This document shows positions 21,567-32,073 of a stretch of DNA of 32,073 bases, one piece after another; within the stretch, counting starts at the first letter, position 1; each line of letters opens with the position of its first letter. Source of the stretch: Bigelowiella natans CCMP2755. Its lineage: Eukaryota; Protista; Cercozoa. The notes beneath the pieces were generated by a model. It was given only the letters and a program-made list of their open reading frames with translations, ran no database searches and was not told the origin of the DNA. The stretch lies in the NCBI GenBank assembly GCA_000320545.1, contig ADNK01000212.1, forward strand, positions 1-32,073. Direction: 5' to 3'. The position numbers and the translations under genes were made by a program.

Positions 21567-22964
21567 ATGGCATGGAGGCAGCAGAGGCGTGCACGAAAAC
21601 AGGACAACCGCTCTGCGACGAATGCCGTTCGAGCATCTCCGTGGGCCTCTGGCCAGGTGAAGAATGACCAGTTTCTGGACGTCACAGACGTGCGGGTGCA
21701 GCTGGCAAGGATCAGCGAGCAGAAAAAGCGTCTCAAAAAGCAAAAACAACCCCGCCGCCGTCCTTCTAGCAGAAACCACCCACCACGTACAGCTCCAGAA
21801 ACTGCTAGCGACGAGGGGATACGGGAAAATCGCAACGGGATGACAAACTTAGCAGGGTCGCCGCGGCCTCCTACAATTGAAGAGAGCGTGGCTAATGAGG
21901 ATCCGGACGAATCGTCCTTTGTGGGAGCTGTGCATTCCCCTGAAAAGGAAGAAGAAACAGAGCATGAGAGGAGTGATTTGAAGACGAAACCGGACGGAGC
22001 TCCGGCTAGGCGTCGTCGGCGAACAAGGCCAAACCATTTTGTCTGTGTAAGAATAGCCGGAAAGGAGGTTGTGGACTCGCTCGTTAAGATTCAAAGAAGC
22101 CTCGTCGAGATCCAGGCGAATGCAAAGGACCTCATGATCGACCCTGTCGGATTTCATATCACGTTAATCTTGTTGCACGTCGAGAGCCCGTTTGAGATGC
22201 AGAAGCTAAAAGAGGCACTGGAGCGTGCTGGTCAAATCGTGAGGGACGATGTCCTATACAGCCAGCCCCTACAGCTATCGGTCAGAGGTTTCGACACATT
22301 TGGAAATAATCGCGTATTGTACGCCGGAATAGAGTATGGAAAAGAGCTGCTCAAGGAGGTGCGAAATACAATCGTCCAGGAGATACGCGAAGCCGGATGC
22401 GAGGAGCTCTTGGTCAACGAAGGCCAATCCTTTGTGCCGCACATCACGCTGGCGAAGAAGAGAAAAGGGTCTTCCTCTTCTCTCCAGCTGGTAGAGAAGC
22501 TATTGGAGGATCCATCCACGTCCTCCTCCTCCTCCTCCTCGTCATTGTCGTCATTGTCGTCGGAGCCATTAGGCTATCAGGACTGCCACAAAATGTATTT
22601 GTGTCCGATCGGAAGCAGCAAACCTGGAGAGTTCTATGCCATCGAGGCTGAGTGCAGCTTGCTTTCAATAGCTCACGATCCGCAATCCGATGCTGCTGCA
22701 ACACCCTCCATAGAAAGTGGCCCACGACAGAAACAAGCACGGCAGCATTCGGAGAAGACCATTTCCAATAACAGAAGGAAATGTGGTGATGGACAGCAGC
22801 GATCGTCACAACAACCATCCAGGCGTACCAACGCAAGGCAACTAAAGAAGACATTGGACATGGCGGTGAGGCAAGGTAAAGAACGGCGCGCGATCCAAGT
22901 GCGGAATAGGCGAAGGACTAGGATGCCTTATGCAGACCTCAAGCAACGTGACGAGGCCTTCTAG
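21567..22964 (+). CDS. AKAP7/LENG9-like 2H phosphoesterase (2',5' RNA ligase-like fold), intronless; true start may be 21840
   Basis: 465-aa ORF with RPNHFVCVRI (AKAP7-type RPNxF), two HxT motifs (GFHITL, FVPHITLAK) and GFDTFGNNRVLYA. Confidence 0.85.
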   Translation: MAWRQQRRARKQDNRSATNAVRASPWASGQVKNDQFLDVTDVRVQLARISEQKKRLKKQKQPRRRPSSRNHPPRTAPETASDEGIRENRNGMTNLAGSPRPPTIEESVANEDPDESSFVGAVHSPEKEEETEHERSDLKTKPDGAPARRRRRTRPNHFVCVRIAGKEVVDSLVKIQRSLVEIQANAKDLMIDPVGFHITLILLHVESPFEMQKLKEALERAGQIVRDDVLYSQPLQLSVRGFDTFGNNRVLYAGIEYGKELLKEVRNTIVQEIREAGCEELLVNEGQSFVPHITLAKKRKGSSSSLQLVEKLLEDPSTSSSSSSSSLSSLSSEPLGYQDCHKMYLCPIGSSKPGEFYAIEAECSLLSIAHDPQSDAAATPSIESGPRQKQARQHSEKTISNNRRKCGDGQQRSSQQPSRRTNARQLKKTLDMAVRQGKERRAIQVRNRRRTRMPYADLKQRDEAF

Positions 22965-23429
22965 CAGAGGCGCGCGCAGCGCACTGTACGTTACGTTATG
23001 TACTCTTCGAATGTCACTATTTTTATGTATATACTGTACGATGAACCAATATTGAAACTTTGCATATGTAGCGGGCGTCGTCACTATACAGAACAGTCGA
23101 TACGATATAGATCCTTCTTGTGTGTGCGCGTGCGCGCGCGAATGCTGACGCGCAACGCATGACCAGCTTACGTACTGTCCATTGTCGGTTTGCGTACGTA
23201 AAGCAGAGAATCAGTAATGGAGATGGGCTAATAGGATTCCGTAATATATTACGATCGCGTACGACGCTATTCACACGGCGCTCGCACAACATATAGTGTT
23301 CAACGCACCACCACAAAATGCAATTTATATCACGGCTGGAGCAGTCACATATCATCTTCGTTCCTGCTTCGCGATTTAAAAAGAGAAAAAGGTGCGACTT
23401 TCAATAGATCTAATAAATGATTTTCGACG

Positions 23430-23603
23430 TCATAAACCTGCATTCTCGAGCTCCTCTGCCCCAGCCATCTGTTCTATGCTATGAGACAGTCCAATCATAC
23501 TATTACTCGCAGTGGAGGTGCGGAAGCTGACTAGCGAGCTGCCGCCGCCATTATTCCTTTCATCTTTCCCAGCAACAGTTGCCTTTGTCTCGCTTATCTG
23601 ATC

Positions 23604-23652
<49 letters not shown>

Positions 23653-24707
23653 ACACATTTTGTTACATCTTCAAGCCATCTCTAGAGTACGAGCTTGCTA
23701 CGCATGCAGTATGCGAATAAAGCGACCGCCCCACCTTATGGTCCCCCCCCCCGTCTCTCACTAGCATTGAGGTCGGGGTTATCAGCTCCGAAGTGCTCTT
23801 GTAGTCCTCGAGGCCCACGCTCAAATTCTTCTCGTCCGACACAGATCGGGAGTCAGTCGAAGGGGGGAGAGGAGGGGCAGCGTCGCTTATACCCCCCCCT
23901 CCTTCACTGCTTTCCTGCCGGGCCTCCTCGACGGGAACCACAGCGTTGCGCACTCGTTTTGACAGCTGCTCGTGGCAAAAGTTCAGACCGACTTCCACCG
24001 CGACGAATATGATTATGAACGCGGCCGCCAGTGAGTGGAAGACCGTGCGGAACTCGCACGTCTTGTCGCTCTCGTTGAGTTCCAAGAAGAAATAATCGGA
24101 GCAATTCGGGTCGGTGCACGTGTTGTCCGCGTGGCGAGTCTGAGCGGCGGCAGCGGCGGCGGCGGCGCGCAAAAGGAGGTGTTGTTATGCGTTGCATTGC
24201 CGCGCGAGGAGACGAGGGTGGGGGACGATTTAGGGTTAGGGATAGCTGTTGTTGTGCGTGCGTGTTACGGACCTGCATGCCTTTGCATGGAACTACACTC
24301 TTGCACTGCACATTCTCACCCTGAGAGATTTCGTCATACATATCTACAACCAGAAGGGGGGGGGGGGGGGAGAAGAAGAAGGAGGGCATTCGAGAGGAGG
24401 TTGAAGAGGAGGAGGAGGAAGAGGAGGAGGAGGGGAAGAGGGGGAGGAGGAAGAGGAACAAAGATTAGAAATCAGATATTGCATCCACTGAGACATATCA
24501 TCACACCAGGCAGTCGCCGAACCCTTCCCATTCTCTGCATCTCTAGCTCCCCCTCCTCCTCGTGATATCGTTCTATCCGTGTATTATGCGTGCTGATTTC
24601 AAATCAAGGTAGTTGACCGATGACGCCGTCAGCATTCGTGAGCCTCTGTGCGAGCCCTAAACGTGCTCTTTCGCCGTCCAAGACGACGTAGAGACTCCTG
24701 CTCATGG

Positions 24708-24779
<72 letters not shown>

Positions 24780-24945
24780 CACATATTCCAAAACCTAAGA
24801 GCACGAATGCCTATAACAATGGGGCCGAAATCGCCGTTGACGTCCGAACGGGAGCTTTCAGTTAAGCAAACCCTGAGAAGCAAATAGACGACATAAATTC
24901 GTTGTAATGTACGTGGCAAACGTGCAAAAAATTTCTCTCTCTCCC

Positions 24946-24995
<50 letters not shown>

Positions 24996-26388
24996 TCTGT
25001 GTGTGTGTGTGTGCGCGCGCGCGTGTGTGGCACTACTCGCGATCATAGGTGGCAGTGCTGTTGTTGGCCAGCTCCTCGAACGTTTCAGAGCCTACCTTTT
25101 CCATGAGAAGGTCTGAGCAGCACAGCACACACACAAACACACACACACACAACGCGAACAACGATTACGATAGAGAGCCGCACACGCACGCACCTCCTCG
25201 GGTGGCAATTCGCCCGAGAAATAAACCCGTCGATTGCGCATGCGTGCATACTACGTGGGCTAGATTTCCATGCTGCAGCACGTAGTAACAACGCCACTGC
25301 TTTTTAAAAAAATCTATGAAACTGACCCACCAGAAAGGTCAAGATGCAGGGTCCTTGCCTTCTTACTCTGCTGGCTTGGAGCATCACCACCACGATCACC
25401 GCCGCCGCCATTATCGTTAGATGACAACGGTGGCGGCTTCAGGGTGAGGGAGAGGTGCGGAAGTCTGGGGAACATCCCAGCCCGGAGTCGGCAGGGAAGT
25501 TGGTGCTGCCTGTTGTGCGTTCCGACGCGACACTTCAGAGGCAACCTGCGCGTATTAGTCACAGCAGTGTGGCGGCTTTTTTATCTCATCTGTCAGATGC
25601 GGCGTATGGTGTTTGTCGGGGGGAGAGGAGAGGCCGCGCTTTTAGCCGTGAGGGTGTCAAGGAGCAAACGTGTTTTCAGACATAAAAAAGGAAAAAGATG
25701 AAATCGAAGAAAGGGCGGAAGCGTGTGCCGTCCGCACAGCTATATCTCGCTCAGGTTACTCTTGGTGCGAGCAGAGAACGGCATCGACGATCCTGTATCT
25801 ACATCACTACCATGCTGCGACGATCTTGAAGATCGGGGCAGGGAGGGTAAGGCACGTACTGCGGGTGTCAATCACGGCTCTTATCTCCGAAGAAACCCCC
25901 TCCGTTGTGCGCTTCACATCAGACATCTGCGCGCCACACACGCTTGCCTCTTCCACGATGAACTCAATATGCGACGTAACTGGGTTGCGACGCAATTCCG
26001 TCCATGCTAGATACGGCTCAAACGTCTTATCGATCCCCCCGATGTGTACCTGAGAGGGCTTCCTGGACACCTGCGCGCATTCAGGGAGCGGTCACGCGAG
26101 AAGAAGAAAGAGGAGGAGGAGGAGGCGGAGGAGGGGGAGGAGAGGAAGGCCAAGCTTCTGGCCCATTTTCACCCACACAGCCTCATCATCCATATAACCA
26201 TCACCATCATCATCATCATCATCATCGTCGTCGTCGTCATCATCGTCATCGCTACCCCCCTCCCTCCCCACCGTCGCTGAACTAGATTACGCACCGGCGG
26301 AGGCGGGTAGAGTTCCAGCGCGATGACCCGCTCATCTGTATTATTTTTTATTGGTGTGTGTTATAAACGGCGGAACCAGCGAGGCGAT

Positions 26389-26435
<47 letters not shown>

Positions 26436-27099
26436 AATGATGACGCGGGAAAAGGGGGGGGGGGGATAGCAGCCCGGGGCGCTTTTCTCGAGTGTGCGCG
26501 CAGCTGGATGTTATTATTGCTGATGTTGTTGTTGTAGTCGTCATCGTCGTGACCTGTGTCGGAGCAAGATACGACCTCCCCGCCTCTCCGCCTTCCGGCG
26601 CGAGCGACATTCGGTGCAAAGACGACGGGGAGAGGGCAATCTCGTCGGACGAGTTGGCGGCGTTAGAGTCACCGAAGCACTGTCGGTCCATGCAGATGGA
26701 GCTTCGCCGCGGCGGATACCAACACAGATAAAGGTAGTAAGTCCGTACAAGAAGGAAGAGAGGAGGACGGAGTGCGAGGGAGAAGGGCAGAGAGAGAGAG
26801 AGAGTAGAACATCAGGATGGTGGTGGCATTGGTAGCTAGTATTATTAGTAGTACTAGGAGGAGGAGGAGGAGGAGGAGGAGGAGGAGGGTAGAAGTGATA
26901 GTTGTTGCAAATACACAGTCGATGCTTGCCGGTTGGAGTAGAAGGTCAAGCTCTGTTCTGGCGAAAAGCACGGGTACGTTGCCCTAGTTGCGAGGTGAAA
27001 TTGAGGGGAGTTAAGATCAAAGGTAGCAGACGCAGCTGGGAGCAGCGGTGGTGGCAACTAGCAACAACCAGTTATCGGAGTACACATTCTGCAATACTG

Positions 27100-27137
<38 letters not shown>

Positions 27138-27522
27138 GCTGCTGCTGCTACTACTACCGATTGCACGCCAGGGAGTTGTTGCTGAAGAGGAGCAGGCCAT
27201 TCGTGCTGGCGTCGAGAACCACATCGACCCGTTGGCGGGGAGTGCCGACATCCAGGGACACCAGATACTGGCGGAATCCAATCGAAGGCCGGACAAACAT
27301 GCGGTACTTCGCGAGAGGAATACGCGATGGCGGAGCAGGTTGCGGTGACGATGATGACGACGACGACGACGATGATGATGATGATGATGACGACGACGAC
27401 CGTGCTGCTGGCTGCTCTCCCAATATGCTGGAATAGCTGTTATGCCTGGGCTCATCTAAAGCGTCTACTAGATTTAAAATGACTATCGTCAGTAGCACTA
27501 GGAAAGACCCCATGGTGGTCAT
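23430..27522 (-). CDS. Membrane-anchored pepsin-like (A1) aspartic protease homolog with altered catalytic motifs
   Basis: Signal peptide; QYLVSLDVGTPRQRVDVVLDAST; CFSPEQSLTF; VHIGGID; AVIDTRSTCLTLP; LPHLSLTL; IVIGIRALRSLYVVLDGERARLGLAQ; then Cys-rich CKGMQ..NTCTDPNCSDYFFLEL..KTC and a TM helix (SLAAAFIIIFVAVEVGLNF). Some internal exon joins and the last exon are tentative. Confidence 0.82.
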
Positions 27523-28724
27523 CCCTGCAAATGTGCACCTGATGTAATGGTGAAGATGATCATGATCATGATCATGAGCGGGGGTAATGGGAACTAATTT
27601 ATGAATGCGATCTACAAGCTGCTCGTATATATTACTACTAGCGGCAGCCCGAGAATCGAAATGGCTACAGCCAAACTTCTCCGTCGTGTTGGCTATGGGT
27701 GATATCGATATCGCTGGCGTGTCGTACGTAGGCGAACGGGAGACGCCTGCAGCTTGGTTGAAACCTCCCAGTGCCCCCCCCCTATGTATGGTTTAATAAC
27801 AAAACGCGGTAAATTTAAAATGACCCTTGACAAATAGGACAACACATGCCACGCTTTCACGTTTGATCATCCAAGAAAACGAGAGGATTCTCGAGAATGG
27901 ATTGATTCATGAGGAGGGACGGATGATTGTACAACAAATCGGAATCTCGTGCACAGGTGCCAGCAGGTCCGAATCCTTCTCAAATTTATCTCTGTGCCCT
28001 GTTTTTGCCCTTTTGTTGATGAGAACCAACCATCAACCTGATGGGAATGCGCAGATCACCTGGATCGTGAAGCGTATTCGGGGGGAGGGAGATGCTTCGG
28101 AGAGATGGTCAGCGCCCGGTTCGCAATTCGGCAATCAGGGAGAATTCGCAATAGCGAAATGGACCATAATTTCATCTGAAAACATCCAAAATATACCGGA
28201 ATGATAATCTTCAAAGCTTCCTAAGATCCTTTTCCGAAGAAATATCTCAGCTCCGATCCCGGAGGAAGGAAGCTTTGCAATAAAAAACGGGTAATTTATT
28301 TTCTGCACGAAAAAAGTACAAAAAAGGCTGCTCTTTCCTCGTCGCTCGTGAGAAATCCCCTCAGTCTTACGAGGGATAATTTCCGGGAGACCTGGCCCAG
28401 AAGGAAGCTAGGAAGTCTGCCGACTGTAGGTGCAATTTAAGATAGGTGCGACAAGAAAAATGCGTTTTAATTTATGTCGCAGTGAACAAAACCAAGAGGA
28501 TTTCCTAGGATTTCGATGTTTTTCGCAGAGCACGTGGTTCGTTCTTGGGCTCCGGTTAGTTTCCACCCAGCTGGCCAGACGACAAGCTACCCCTGTGTGC
28601 CCCCTCCCCCAGTCACCACTGTGAGTTGAATTGAAGACATGCATGTGATTGGGAATCGATGGCGGAGAACTCTTGAAAATACTAACTGGGTCTTTTTGCG
28701 GTGGTGACAGGCGGGCGCGGCAAC

Positions 28725-31700
28725 ATGGAGGTTAAAGGGGAGCCAGCCGACAAAAACAACTTCGATTTGGAAACAGGCGCGAAAAGGGGTGAAAAGTCGC
28801 GTAATCTCGGCGGAGTCCCGCTAAATCCGAGCTTCGTACAATGGATCACGTGGAGTTTTATGGAACCACTCTTAGAACAGGTGATATGAATTGACTGTAA
28901 GTGCACAACGCAACGCACGCACACTCTCTCACACACAAACACGAACGCACAGGGCCAGCAGCATACCCTACAAATGGACGACCTGCCCACGCTCGCGGCA
29001 GGCAACCAGTCAAGGAATCTGCACGAGCGTATTAGGGCGGGTTGGGCGGAGGAAGTGCGAGAGCGGGGGCTCCAGCATGCCTCGGTAGCGCGCGTCTTGG
29101 CTCGCATGTTTTGGAGAACAAACCTGAAGCTGACGGGCCTACTACTGCTAGAGATCGGCACACAAATCATGCAGGTGCTCTTGCTACGCTGGGTCCTTCT
29201 CTTCATCCAACAGGACAACGAGGGGGAAGTCCCCATCGGCAGTGTAGGCTATGGCTACGGTTACGCGGCGGCTCTTGGAGTTAGTGCGCTGATGATCGGG
29301 TGTATCCACCACCAGATATTCTATGGAGGAGTGCAGCAAGGCATCAACGTAAGAAGAAGAAGGGCGGGGAGGTTAGGAGGGGCGGACGAGAGACACTAAT
29401 GATTCATTGCAGCGGCAGTGAAAGCACTAACGGTTGCCGTTGTCGTCGCTTCCTCCTTTGTCTACCATCCCTTCGGTGCTGCTTCAGGTACGGGCAGGCG
29501 TGAGCTGCATGCTCTTTGAGAAGTCGCTACGCCTTGGGAACGCGGCAATGAAGGAGAACACGCAAGGCCGAGTGCTGAACCTTGTCACTACAGATGCGAT
29601 GCGCTTCATCGAAATGTTCAAATTCGTGAATTTCTTAGTCGCTGTGCCGCTGCTGGTAGTCGCCGTCGTAGGTCTAATGGTTTGGAACCTAGGCCCCGTC
29701 TCACTCGTCTCCATCCTTATTTTGCTCCTGTGGACCCCAGTACAGGTGCCAGCAAGGCTGAGTAGAGAAGAGAGGGGGAAGGGAAAGGGGGAGGGGGGGG
29801 GGGGGACTGCACAGCGTTATTTTTAAGGGTTGCAATCGAACGACAACATATACTACTCACTCCGTGCAGGTGTATTTCGCGCGAAGCTTTGCAACGGTAC
29901 GCCGCCGTGCCGTCCAGCACACGGATGTACGAATCAAGATGATCGGAGAGGCCTTGCACGCGGGAACAACGATGAAAATGTACTCCTGGGAGCAGCCGCT
30001 TGTCGATGCCTGTGACGCTGTGCGTGCCCACGAGCTCGGCGCAATCGCCGCAGCTGCGCGGCTCAAGAGCGTAAACCTGGGGATGTTTATTTGCTGCACA
30101 ACGGTCTGCATCGTTCCGACGCTACTGATTATTGTTTTCATCGAAGGGCGGTCGCTGACTGTCGCGGATGTGTTCACGCTTGTCGCCTTCTTCAACGTGC
30201 TGCGATTTCCGGTGTGTTGTTGCTCCTTCTTTTTGCTTTGACATGCGCTCTGATGATTCGAGCTGCCGCAAAACCTTATCCCTTATGAAGCATTTGTATG
30301 AATGGCGCGGGGGGGGGGGAGGGGGTTAAGCTGAAGATGTAGTGCGTGCCGTGTGTCATTGCTTCGCTTGATTGGCTCTCCAATCTCCCCATATTTAACT
30401 GAATGATAACCCCCCCCTCGCCACTTCCTTGTCCTTGGTGCGGTAGGTCGGCTTCGTGTTCCCGTTAACGCTGCAGCTGCTATCCGAGGCGTTGGTGTCG
30501 ATCGAGAGGATCAACGCCTTCCTCAGAGCTCCGGAGTGCCAGGGGTTGAACAGCTTCGCGAGGGCTTCCAGCGGTGAGAAGAAGGACGCCCTGGATGAGG
30601 ATACCACCATCGCCCTTGACGCCGGAAGTGTCGTAGAGACGGCAAATCTAGTGGGGGGCGGGGGCAGTCGCAGCGCGTTGATCGATGGCAGCAGCAGCGG
30701 CGTCGGAGTCGGTAATGGCGCTGCTGCTAGAACGGCGAATAAGAAGGGGCACGCGGCTCCTCCATCTGTAGGGAGCAGACTGAGCGGCGTGATCACAGGT
30801 TTGGGAAACATCGCCGAAGTCGTAGTAGAGGGACACCCATCATAAACATGGCGCTCATCACACTATCCATACCAAAACGCTCACATCGCCATCTTCACCT
30901 ACCAATTAATTAGAGGGAGACGAGAAGGGCGAGGGCGCTAGCACCGAAGTGCCCCCAAAGTCAATGTCATCACCGTCGGCGCCTAAAGAGCGGAGTAGCA
31001 AGGAATCTGTCGTTGCCACAGCTAACGCTAACGCTTATCCTATTCAGCTGACCAACGCCTCTTTCAGCTGGTATATCGCTGTAGTTGTAGCATACAGAGA
31101 AGAGAGAGAGAAGAAGGAGTAGAAGAAGAGGATTAGGGTTACCATCATCACCATCATCACCACCATCATCATCATTATTACCATCATCATCACTATCATC
31201 ATTACTATCATCAATATCACCATCCATTCACACGCCCAGCGACTCTTCGCGAGCGCGTGCCCCCGAGGTGGTGTGATGAGCATCCATCTCCCGCGGCCGC
31301 TTCACATATGATCTAATCTCACAGGGGCAGTGACGTGAGCTTCTCGCTCTCCCGCCTGAGCATGCGTCTCCGCTCGGGGAAGCTGTACGTCATCGCGGGT
31401 GGGATCGGTAGCGGCAAGAGCTCCTTCCTGCAGTCGCTGCTGGGAGAGATGTCGCTTGTGTGCGGGCATGCGAGGGTGACCGGCAGCGTGGCCTATGTGC
31501 CGCAGCGGCCGTGGATCTTCAGCGCCAGCGTCCGAGAGAACATCTTGTTCGGCTTGCCCTTCGAGAGCGAATGGTTTGTGTTGTTGTTGTTGCTGATACT
31601 GATGGCGTGATGGTGACGATGCTACTGCTGCTTGCTGCTTGCTGCTTGCTGCCGCCGCCCCCGCCCCCGCCCTCCACCTGCTCCTCTCGTGCATAGGAGA

Positions 31701-31737
31701 GCAAGCTGAAACATCATGTGGTGCGATGGGAAGAATC

Positions 31738-31782
<45 letters not shown>

Positions 31783-31976
31783 AATATCCCCCATTCTCAT
31801 CACTCTCCATATTATCATCGCCCCCCCCCCCCCCCCCCCACAGGTACAGGAGGGGGGGGGAGGCGGGGTCGCTGTCTACCGATTTCCACAGCTTCCCATA
31901 CGCCCACTTCACTATCGCCCGGGAGCGGGGAGTGTCTTTGAATGGGGGCCAACCAGCGAGAATTGCCCTCGCGAGA
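28725..31976 (+). CDS. ABC transporter subfamily C (MRP/ABCC4-like), TMD1 and NBD1; truncated at window end
   Basis: Exons 28725-28880, 28953-29348, 29488-29745, 29870-30211, 30447-... encode WITWSFMEPLL..LQMDDL, GRVLNLVTTDA, IKMIGEAL..MKMYSWE, EALVSIERINAFL, NASFSW, Walker A GGIGSGKS (~31398), AYVPQRPWIFSASVRENILFG, and a corrupted ERGVSLNGGQ.ARIALAR. Confidence 0.92.
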
Positions 31977-32073
31977 ACTGGGTATCCCAAACCCGAGCGC
32001 GCCCTAGCTGAAGATCCTCTCTCACCGGTTGGTCCCACTTTAATAACCCTAAAAAATTTGTTTTTTATTAAAG

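Noticed and set aside
25782-25803. VDTGSSM, a perfect aspartic-protease motif on the minus strand
   Set aside because: Lies a few bases after a GT donor, in a different frame and after the real second motif; most likely chance intronic sequence.
26925-26930. GC-AG donor (GCAAG) as a product of TA->CA pressure
   Set aside because: Phase supports this one GC donor, but a single case is within normal GC-AG frequency; a second candidate near 25040 resolved to a GT donor.
31843-32073. Frameshift and LNGGQ in the ABCC signature exon; one TAACCCTAA near the end
   Set aside because: Errors cluster at the sequence end after homopolymers, consistent with low-quality contig-end sequence; one telomere-like unit is not an array.
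1-32073. CRISPR arrays, tRNA genes, intact transposase or reverse transcriptase
   Set aside because: No repeat-spacer array, cloverleaf, or DDE/RT motifs recognised by eye.

Overview
Eukaryotic nuclear DNA from a compact, very intron-rich protist or alga (short GT-AG introns full of microsatellites; a chlorarachniophyte such as Bigelowiella is a guess, not shown). I could hand-splice these genes: RCL1 (5'-partial), a Zn-ribbon alpha-arrestin ending in PSAP and PPxY motifs, a 104-aa Cys-rich protein, an intronless possibly transposon-derived ORF, a bPH_2-like protein, mitochondrial cytochrome c peroxidase head-to-head with an AhpD-like protein carrying a signal peptide and KDDL, a solitary 5S rRNA gene, an intronless AKAP7-like 2H phosphoesterase, a membrane-anchored pepsin-like protein with altered catalytic motifs, and a 3'-truncated ABCC transporter. 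The strongest unexplained signal is non-coding. Most longer spacers are almost devoid of TpA and rich in TpG/CpA, while CpG is retained. The surviving TpA sit mostly in CTA/TAG, especially CTAG. Introns, the 5S gene and a short convergent spacer keep abundant TpA. This suggests a region-targeted, context-specific A:T->G:C hypermutation (TA[not G] -> TG), the mirror image of fungal RIP. All counts are hand counts.
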